A stretch of DNA of 64,000 bases. It comes from Veleropilina oligotropha (lineage: Eukaryota). The position numbers and the translations under genes are program-made. The notes below the pieces were generated by a model. The model did not search any database. It saw nothing but the letters and a program-made list of their open reading frames with translations, and was not told the origin of the DNA. The stretch covers positions 310,001-374,000 of the forward strand of contig JBEUKZ010000080.1 in assembly GCA_048128005.1 (NCBI GenBank), written 5' to 3'. Position 1 is the stretch's first letter. Each line of letters begins with the position of its first letter. This document shows positions 51,465 to 59,486 of the stretch, piece after piece.

Positions 51465-52643
51465 CATGTGCCCCCTTAATCCATACAACCGTGTTCACTG
51501 TGACCGTGTTGTGATTTTTTTCAATAAAACTTTTCTTAGATTTCTAGCACTAGCAGACGCAAAATCACGGTACTTCAGTCGGTAGCAAAAGATACTGAAG
51601 TACCCTGATAACATTTTGGTAAGCAGCATGATAAAAGTGAATATAAATATTTACAACATATATCTAATTATAAACTTCAAAGTGCTTTTTTGACCTAAAA
51701 CAGACGAGATAAACAAGATACAAACCAATCGTAAAGTCCGCCCGTATTGACTGACCCCGTTTGACCTTTTAAATCATATTTAACTGCAGCTACGTGACAG
51801 CGGCCATCCGTACATCGCTTCACCGTGCTTAAATCCACACGGAGCTAAGTTATCAACGACTGCTAGCTAGGGACGTTCGGGTTAAACTTCTACTATTTTA
51901 ACCGCACATTACAGTAAGATGATAAATTTATATATATATGCATTACACCTAGACGAGCAGCAGGGGGGGTCATTGGAGTTTTTAGAATGGAAAAATAAGG
52001 CTCCCAGCACCTGTTCAGAACTGAGGGGGTGCAGTACGAGCCCCTAAGGCAGTTTAGACTAGGGGCCCACGGCCGCCGGGGAGGCTCCCAGCCCTATTTC
52101 AGACCCCAGGGTCGGGCTTGTATTACAAAAGTCACTGTGTGTACATCGCCGTCCTGAACTAGGTAGCTTAGAATAGTCTATGTGGGCCGCGCTGTCAATG
52201 TTATTATTTAATTTTGCGTCCTGGTCTATTCATAGAGCTGGCCTATAGATCTCTAATCATTCTAGAATCTTTATTGCCACGTGACAATGACTCAACGAGA
52301 ATACTGTCCCCACGTAAACAAGGTGACCAAAACATTTTTCTGTGCTAACCGGATGTTTGGTGACAAAAATATTTTATCGGGACCAAATAGTTTTATCTGG
52401 GCCAAATCTTTTTGTATCTGGGTCGACCTCAGCGAGTACGCATTTTGTTTGACGCAGAAATTGCTGGCTGTCAATGCGATTCGCCTAATACTACACACGA
52501 CCGGGTTGTGAAGGTATCCATGGGCACTGTTCGCGACTAGGCATTCAACGCCAACAATACCTATTGATGAGAGGTATTTCATTCATAAATCGGACAATGG
52601 GTCGACGAGAGCGACCTGAAAAATGTTAGAAGGTCACAGCTGT

Positions 52644-53072
52644 TTATATAAATATATAATTCCCGCTGGCCAGTGTGCAGTTACATGGCGAGAGGTGCCC
52701 GATCTGACTCCACGCACCCCTGCAGTCGGTGGATAACATTGAGAAGTACTGCCCCTGCTTTCCACGACATAAGGACGGCTCGGCGCATTCAATGCACACA
52801 ACAGTATTAGGATCGGGGCCACAGTCATTCTCTCCATCGGTAACATAGTAGTGACACGAGGGTGTCCGAACTGGAGGTGGGTCTCCCAGGCGTAGTCGTA
52901 AGTTCCTTCGGAGGGGGTCAAATCGGGCGTTATACCTGGGGTGGTTGCGATACCTAGCCCATGTGTGTTCGAGAATTAATGCGGTATTGTGTGACGACTC
53001 GCCCCCTCCGGGGGTGGTGGCACCCGCTAGCCAACACACTGCGGCAATGCACAGAAGTAGCATGGATTTCAT
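52644..53072 (-). CDS. Secreted cysteine-rich protein, candidate cystine knot (IL-17/PTTH-like), 142 aa
   Basis: Signal peptide MKSMLLLCIAAVCWLAGA, basic putative pro-region (LRRNLRLR), and 8 C-terminal Cys including CxxC and a terminal CNC. Confidence 0.6.
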   Translation of the reverse strand: MKSMLLLCIAAVCWLAGATTPGGGESSHNTALILEHTWARYRNHPRYNARFDPLRRNLRLRLGDPPPVRTPSCHYYVTDGENDCGPDPNTVVCIECAEPSLCRGKQGQYFSMLSTDCRGAWSQIGHLSPCNCTLASGNYIFI

Positions 53073-53149
53073 GGTTGTCCAGATATCACTGTCGAGTTCT
53101 AGCTTTAATACGGGGGGGTCCCCACCCACCCCACGCTCCACCTGGATGG

Positions 53150-53782
53150 TTAGTCGCCAGCCCCTATTTTTTTCAGCAGCTCTGTGCGTCCCTCTTTCCG
53201 ACCACGCTCAAGAAGCTCGCTCTGGGTTTGTGAAACCGCGTTGTGCGCCTTTGTATTCTTGAGGCGAACCGTGGCCTTCATTGTCAGATATTTCTCCATC
53301 TCCCCCGTGACGAGTTGAAATTCCTCATCAGACATCTCCCCATCCGCTAGGGCCTTTGAGACGTGGTCAGAAATTGTATTAAGTTTGCTCTCGGCCAGGG
53401 CTCGAATCTCGTTGTGCTTCTTGGCCTTCACTTGGAGGCGGCGGCTAATGTATTTCCCACCCATACTCGCGAGTCCGCATCCCAATGCCGCTAATTCCAG
53501 CACTAGGACCACCGGGGCCGCAACGATTGTGGATAATAGTCCGATGCCGGCGCTGCCCATACCAAGGGTTGCCACGACAAGGGCCGAGTCGATCCCGTCA
53601 ACGACATTAACTCCTCGTCAGTACTTCTTATATAGTGCAGCCCTTATGTCCCGTTCTCGTTCTAACTGCCCCTGAAGCTCATTCACTTTCTGTAGTCGGA
53701 AAGACTGTGCCTCCGGAACTTCCGAAAGCACATCGCCACCAAGTTGTGGGTACAGTGTTGGCGCTGAGGGTTTGTTGTCCAT
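53150..53782 (-). pseudogene. GasderminX-like adintovirus membrane-active protein (210 codons) with one premature TGA
   Basis: MDNKPSAPTLYPQL...FRLQKVNELQGQLERERDIRAALYKKY*RGVN..., then a hydrophobic hairpin, then KAKKHNEIRALAESKLNTISDHVSKALADGEMSDEEF. Stop at 53620-53618, probably CGA>TGA. Confidence 0.75.
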
Positions 53783-54147
53783 TACACGTGGCTGTATTGT
53801 TCAGCCTGTTGATTCTGAATGTCTACCGTAACGTTCAAATACAGGGTGCCTACCCAGGGGGCCTTGATGGTGAAGGCGAGGGTCAACTTGTCCGAGTCCA
53901 GGCCAAGGCTATTTATGGAACATGCTTTGGGGGCACCCCCGGCCGGCTGGACTGGCGTCATGTGGATCATTAGCAGGGCTGGATTCAACCCAAACCGACC
54001 TCCAGTGTTTGGAATCCTGAACCCAGCCCTCGCCAGGCCCTTCTTGGGCGCTTCCCCACAACTAAGAACGAAGTGCCACTGGGTCGCTGAAGGCTCTTCT
54101 GCGAGAAGGGGTGGGGGTGGGAGGGTCCCATAGATGCTGGTGCTCAT
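53782..54147 (-). CDS. Hypothetical viral protein, 121 aa
   Basis: Fits exactly between its neighbours with ATGA and TAATG overlaps; beta-strand-like patterning in the C-terminal part. Confidence 0.6.
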   Translation of the reverse strand: MSTSIYGTLPPPPLLAEEPSATQWHFVLSCGEAPKKGLARAGFRIPNTGGRFGLNPALLMIHMTPVQPAGGAPKACSINSLGLDSDKLTLAFTIKAPWVGTLYLNVTVDIQNQQAEQYSHV

Positions 54148-54835
54148 CGTATCTCGAGGACTGCGGAAATAGGCCTACCGTGATTGTCGAGCGGGTTACC
54201 ATCTGAGTCTGTGACGTACACCTTCAATTCTGTGAGGAGCCCGGCCTGCAGTCGCCGGAAGGCTGGATAACTGTGGTGGTGGACAGCTTCACCGAACATC
54301 TGCGACGTTATAGGGACCACCACGAGAATATTGCTCGGGGCACCGTCCTTTACGTTGTGTGTTGTACTGAGCTGCTCCAGGTGAACGTGTAGGGTCGCAG
54401 AAATCGCGAACCCGACAGGCTTGTCCCCGTCATAAGTCCCGGGGCGTAGCCACTCGGATCTCTCCGGAGGAGGTCGTCCCCGTACTCCTCGAAGGGGTGG
54501 GTACGGATTCCCTGCTTTATCGAGAATAAAGGAAGACAGGTTTAATCCGAGGAGCTTCCTTATATCGTTGCTTATCGCGAGTCGAGTCCCCTCTGGAACC
54601 ACGACTCGGGAGAGTCCCGTAGCATGGCTCACATCGAATCGAAGCTGTAGAAACCCGGTGCCACCTCGACCGTGGTATTGGGGGTTTGGAAGAATGCTCC
54701 TGCGTGCACGTTATTCCAGCTGACCCAGTAGTCGAGCGAGCACAATCCGACACATAGTTTGCCTTCCCGGTTATCAATCGGCTGCAGGAGGGCAACCGCG
54801 GTCCCCGTTTGAACGTTTGTCAATGTGTGGAACAT
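54144..54835 (-). pseudogene. Penton/minor capsid-like protein, split into two frames near 54632
   Basis: N-part MFHTL...VGLCSLDYWVSWNNV...VAPGFYSF. C-part ...KLLGL...LHVHLEQL...NILVVVP...ELKVYVTDSDGNPLDNHGRPISAVLEIR, which resembles the C-terminus of Polinton minor capsid proteins. Confidence 0.7.
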
Positions 54836-54839
54836 AGCT

Positions 54840-56135
54840 ATGGCTCTTAGCGCCTTTGCGTTTAATGGGAGTGCGGCCTATCCGACCGGTGTGGTGTACC
54901 CAGCGAAGATCCAAGATGCGCAGCTTACAAAACCAAGCGTCGTGGTGTCAGCGAAAGGCCATCCGGCATTCGGAGTTCATTTCCCAGACGTCTTCCAAAA
55001 GTATCGCCTCCCAAATGTCGCGAGTGACCGGCTAATCCAGGCCTGGCACAGCACGCCGATGAGGTATTGGCAGAACAAGTGCAACTTCGCAGTCTGGTGT
55101 GCTACGACGGGTTCCGGGGTATCCGCAGAAGACCACTTGAATGCCACCGACCCCCTGTCCAGAGCCGTATTCACCTTCCACGTCTACTATCAGATCAGAC
55201 GAATCTTGTCCGAAATTCAGGCGCCGCTACCGCAAGACGCGACATGGGATGCGTTCGACACCCCGTATGACCGAAGGGCATACGAAAAAATCTGCAGCGA
55301 ATTCGGAGTGTCCCCACACTCCGACTGGCATGTCAAGGGTCCCAACGGCGGACTAGGCACTGCTTTCAGCTACTGGACGAACAACGGCTACCACCCCATA
55401 GGACGTGAGTACGATCCAAGCCGAATGTCATTCACCAAAAGTACGACCAACACGAATCTGCACGTGGACTACATCGCGCAAGCGCCTGCGCTTTCAAACG
55501 GTTGGGCTTCGTTCATCCTGGACAAGTCGGCGGGATTTACCCAGGCCGGCGTGGAGAGGCTCAATGATTCCATCAGGACCTACGTCTGGGTGATTCTTGG
55601 AGCGCAGGCTCAAACGCGTGCAGGCATTCTGGGTAGTGGGACGGCATTTGACGCGCAGAAACAGTTCCTGGCCAACGTGGAAGATGCCATCTCGTCACCA
55701 GTGGACCTGCCATCAGCCATCAAGCGGTACCAGGAGGTGCTACAGTATGCGAGGTCCAAAGTGGACTATGTCTTCGGACATGGCCTGTACATGTCGCCGA
55801 GTGACATGCTCCTGCGAATAGGTCAGGTGGCTGGTTATAACAACGAGATCGCCGTTGCCACGGAAAACCAGACACTCGGTCTTAATACAACCGTCAACGC
55901 GGCCAGTGTTCCACCCAACGCCGGAGGGGAGACTGGAGAGAAAGGACTGGTCGTCCCACAAGACGAGGTCGCAGTCTTACGGGCAGATGCTCCGAAGCAT
56001 TAAAACGCTGAGGCGGCAGCTGTTTCAGCCGCTGGGGCTGCCCAGTCACATGACGAGGAGAAAACCGCACTTATTGTGGGTGGCGTCGTCGTTGGCCTAG
56101 CGTTCATTTGGCTGGCAGCACCCCAAACCGGCTAG
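54840..56135 (+). pseudogene. Viral protein of unknown function with C-terminal transmembrane anchor cut off by a TAA at 56001-56003
   Basis: 387-aa ORF (NFAVWCATTGSGVS, FHVYYQIRRIL). The frame continues past the stop as NAEAAAVSAAGAAQSHDEEKTALIVGGVVVGLAFIWLAAPQTG*. Confidence 0.65.
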
Positions 56136-57411
56136 CGGCCATCAGAAGCAAGCCCCCGACGGATATAATCACAGCCCACAGGTGGTCGGCAAGCCACGAC
56201 GCGGTCTTGCCAACCAGGTTGATAAGCCAGGAAAGCAGGCTGCCAATCATGCCTGGGAGTGCCGCTGCCACCTTCCCCGCTAGTTTGCCCAGAATCCGTC
56301 CCAGAGCTTGCAGCTGCTTTTTGACCCACTCCTTCACGCCTTTACCACTGGGAGGTGGTGGTGTTGGTGCGATGCTCGGCGCTCTGCCTGTCAGGGCTAG
56401 TACCAAAGTCGAGATGGCCATACCAATTGCGGTCAGTATTGTCACGATTGTGACCCCCTGCTCGCGGAACAGGGTCCGGACGCGCTCGGCAAGCGTGGTG
56501 TCTGAGTGGAGAATCCGACTGATCATTTCTCGGATCCGGCTTATTTGAGAGCGAAGGGCTTCCCGGCTTGATGAGGCTGCCTCTAGGCGAGCTTCTCGTT
56601 CATCCTGTAAGTTGCGAAGCCGTTCCGCGATATGTCGACGAACAAACTCCTCCACACCTCCTTCATCTGCCTGAGCGAGCTTCCTCTTCTCCAGAGCTAT
56701 GTGTTCGTCCAGCGCCGTTAGCTTGGCCAGGTTATTCGTTAGCTCGCCTCGGATTGTCTGCATCGCCTTGTCCAGCCCGCGAAGCTCACGGAGATTCAAT
56801 GGAGGGTCCCCCATCGTGCATAAGATCTCATCAACCTCAGCATCTGTGAACGTCGTCTCCATTGTGTGGATTGCAGATGCCGTATCTGTAGCGGTCTGCC
56901 CCAAGTCCCGCAGTTCCACGTTGTCTACGTTGGCCGCCGCACCGCTCAACTCATTGTCGGCAGTCTGAAAAGCTGCGACGGCTTTTGAGGCCAGCTTTTG
57001 TCCCCCTTTCCCCTGCCTCTCTGGCCGCTTCCAGTCTGTAAATCCCAACCCTTTTCTGATCGCTTTACCCCCATCACGCCGGTTAGCTAGTGTGGTCAGC
57101 AAATTTGTTTTTTTGGATCTAGAATTGATGAGATCGATGTGTGGATAGGCCTTCAGCCGCAATCCCTCCCCCTCGACATACTCGAACTGGGCATAATCAC
57201 GATACCTGGCGGGGGTCTGCCCCTCCTTCGACAGGGCTTCGTAGTAGCCACCCACCGCATCCTTCATGAGCTCTTGCCGCTGACTGCTGGTTCCTTCCTG
57301 TGGCGCCGGCATAAACCAGTCGGCGGATCTATCCACATCAATATCGTCGATGAGATCATCGTTGTCGATGAAATCATCAAGCTCGAATGCGGGGTTCGGG
57401 AATTCCGCCAT
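56104..57411 (-). CDS. Viral coiled-coil membrane protein, 435 aa
   Basis: Acidic N-terminus, long heptad region (LRELRGLDKAMQ...RIREMISRIL), TM-like VTIVTILTAIGMAISTLVLAL, proline hinge, amphipathic helices and a C-terminal hydrophobic segment. Confidence 0.75.
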   Translation of the reverse strand: MAEFPNPAFELDDFIDNDDLIDDIDVDRSADWFMPAPQEGTSSQRQELMKDAVGGYYEALSKEGQTPARYRDYAQFEYVEGEGLRLKAYPHIDLINSRSKKTNLLTTLANRRDGGKAIRKGLGFTDWKRPERQGKGGQKLASKAVAAFQTADNELSGAAANVDNVELRDLGQTATDTASAIHTMETTFTDAEVDEILCTMGDPPLNLRELRGLDKAMQTIRGELTNNLAKLTALDEHIALEKRKLAQADEGGVEEFVRRHIAERLRNLQDEREARLEAASSSREALRSQISRIREMISRILHSDTTLAERVRTLFREQGVTIVTILTAIGMAISTLVLALTGRAPSIAPTPPPPSGKGVKEWVKKQLQALGRILGKLAGKVAAALPGMIGSLLSWLINLVGKTASWLADHLWAVIISVGGLLLMAASRFGVLPAK

Positions 57412-57453
57412 TTGAATACAACCAGAGGGTACGCATCTAATTCAGCCAACAAC

Positions 57454-59160
57454 ATGGCCAGCCTATACGGACGCACGCTTGATCCATACCGCAGACTTCG
57501 AGAGCCCCTCGGGGTAAAAGGGGTCCGCCAGTCGGTCACGATAACAAACAACCCATCCACAATTGCCGCCAACCAGCAGCTGTTGGTTCGGTTCCCTAAT
57601 CTCGGGGCTCATGACGTGATCGTCCCAGGGACTGCCCACCTCGCATTCACCATTTCTCTGACCTCGGCTAACCCGAACAGGACCGTGGTGCAGAACATCG
57701 GACGCGCCGTGGTGAAAAAAACCACGATCAAGATTAGTGGCAACGAAATCTTATCGATTGACGACTCCGACGTGTATCACTGCTACTGTGATCTTTGGAA
57801 AACACCCCAAGAACGCCAGAGTGCTCACTACCAGGGTATCGATACCAGCGCCGAACACAATACTACGAAGAATCGTGTTGGTGCGGCAGACGCATTCAGA
57901 CGTTCTGAGGACACGGCCATCTCGGACGCTTACGGTCCGAGGTTCCGCATCCCGCTGGATTTCGAGTTGCTGGAGAGCCACATGCCCTTCTACCAAAGTG
58001 CGTTGGGGGACCGTCTTGAGTATGAGCTCACCTTCAATGATCACTCAAGGACGATCAGGGACACCGATGACCCCGGTTCCAGCTACAGCATCGACAACAT
58101 TAGCCTAGAGTATGATATGGTCACGAATCTTGATCTTGCCAGACTAATCCGTAACCAGTACTCGGGCCGCCTCGCCATCCTCTACGACCGTGTCCTGCGG
58201 CATCGCAAGATCACAAAGGATAAAAGTGACACTTTGTGGAATTTGAACCTGAATATACCGGCGCGTTCCATGAAGGGTATCCTGCTTCTGTTCGAGGACC
58301 CTGCGAGAGAGGCAGCGCCATTCGCTCGCGACACCGAGGCTTTCTATAATCCGAAGATTACAAAAGTCGAGATCACCATCGAAGGGGTTCCGAATCAGAT
58401 CTACAGCGCCGGAATGCGTTCCTACCATATGTGGGACGAAGCCAGGAAATTCTTCGCCTCCTCCCCGATCAGCAAGCGGCATCCCGAGGTGGCGTTGGTC
58501 GCAAAATCCTTGGAATTGGCAGACGTCACACTGGGCCAGTTCTTAACGAAATCACCGCGGTTTCCGCACCCCAAGGACCCCCACAGCGCTATTATCTGCG
58601 GCCAGACGGGCTGTGGAAAGACAATTTTCATACTTTCACTCCTGGAAGGAGTCTATCGAGGGGTGTTCCGGCATATCGTAATCCTCTGCCCTACGATCAA
58701 GCACAACAAAGCCTACCAGTCCTGTTCGTGGATCTGGACTGACCCGGAGGTGTATGTAATCCCCCCTGGTGAGCGACTCCATGACTGGTTGCGGGGGTTC
58801 TACCGGCTTTTCCAGGGGGAGTCGACTCTGTACATAATCGACGACTGCGCCGCCAGCAAAGCCCTCGCCAAAAAACGGGACATGCTGACTGAGCTGGCAT
58901 TCAGTGGAAGGCATGCCTCCCAGAGTGTGTGGGTAGTGACGCAGAAGTACAACGCGGTACTGAAGGAGCTGCGAGAGCAGACCAGCTGGGTCGTTTTATT
59001 TCATTGCAAGGACCGAGATTCCTTCGAGGATTGTCTCCGCGAGAACGACGTAATCCCGTCACAGGATGAACGGACTGCGGTGCGGGGCGTCCTGGCCGAG
59101 ACGAAACACCTAAAACTGCTGTTGAAAACTGACCAGCCCGTTGCTTATAGCGTGTTGTAG
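57454..59160 (+). CDS. Probable double jelly-roll major capsid protein (57454-~58548) fused in frame to an FtsK/A32-like packaging ATPase (~58549-59160)
   Basis: ATG in good context (aacATGg). Beta-rich N-part (LLVRFPN, LAFTISL, FRIPLDF, ISLEYDMV, SMKGILLLF, KVEITIEG). Walker A GQTGCGKT at 58600-58623, Walker B YIIDD, and GRH...VVTQ motif. Confidence 0.8.
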   Translation: MASLYGRTLDPYRRLREPLGVKGVRQSVTITNNPSTIAANQQLLVRFPNLGAHDVIVPGTAHLAFTISLTSANPNRTVVQNIGRAVVKKTTIKISGNEILSIDDSDVYHCYCDLWKTPQERQSAHYQGIDTSAEHNTTKNRVGAADAFRRSEDTAISDAYGPRFRIPLDFELLESHMPFYQSALGDRLEYELTFNDHSRTIRDTDDPGSSYSIDNISLEYDMVTNLDLARLIRNQYSGRLAILYDRVLRHRKITKDKSDTLWNLNLNIPARSMKGILLLFEDPAREAAPFARDTEAFYNPKITKVEITIEGVPNQIYSAGMRSYHMWDEARKFFASSPISKRHPEVALVAKSLELADVTLGQFLTKSPRFPHPKDPHSAIICGQTGCGKTIFILSLLEGVYRGVFRHIVILCPTIKHNKAYQSCSWIWTDPEVYVIPPGERLHDWLRGFYRLFQGESTLYIIDDCAASKALAKKRDMLTELAFSGRHASQSVWVVTQKYNAVLKELREQTSWVVLFHCKDRDSFEDCLRENDVIPSQDERTAVRGVLAETKHLKLLLKTDQPVAYSVL

Positions 59161-59161
59161 T

Positions 59162-59212
59162 AGCTACTTGGCAGCTACCAGGCACCTACTTGGCACCTAC
59201 CAGGCATCTACT
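59162..59212. repeat. Short ~11-bp tandem repeat directly after the ATPase stop
   Basis: gctacttggca gctaccaggca cctacttggca cctaccaggca tctac. Confidence 0.7.
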
Positions 59213-59486
59213 GAGCAAGCTCTCACATGTCGGACGCGGTATACATATTCTGTGCTTGCAGCCAGGGCCTGCTGTTGCTGTTAATAATTAATTGGTCAAA
59301 ATTATAATGCGATAAAGAATATTCTTTACTAAAATGCTCTACTGACAAATGATCATTTATTCAATAGCAACATCACTTGTCCAAGCTATTTTCCATATCC
59401 CATATATTTGTAAGCTAACTTCTTTGTATCTATTGTATTAGATTGTTTTTTTCTTATTTCATTGCCTTTTATTTAGCAAACGCTAA

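Larger units (their letters stand above)
52280..59215. mobile_element. Endogenous Polinton/Maverick (adintovirus)-like virus remnant: virion morphogenesis module; boundaries approximate
   Basis: GC-rich island of abutting ORFs on both strands encoding capsid-like, penton-like, packaging ATPase and membrane proteins; no TIRs identified. Confidence 0.8.

Noticed and set aside
52292..52582. 96-aa minus-strand ORF at the left edge of the viral island
   Set aside because: No recognisable motif; it cannot be supported as a gene, although it may belong to the element.
57139..57453. N-terminal 105 codons of the 673-aa ORF
   Set aside because: Largely antisense to the 435-aa gene and starts at a non-ATG codon; the ATG at 57454 is the more plausible start.
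52280..59215. Bacterial or phage contamination, suggested by dense overlapping genes
   Set aside because: No consistent Shine-Dalgarno pattern noticed, the proteins resemble eukaryotic Polinton-type genes, they carry neutral-looking lesions, and they are flanked by animal TEs.
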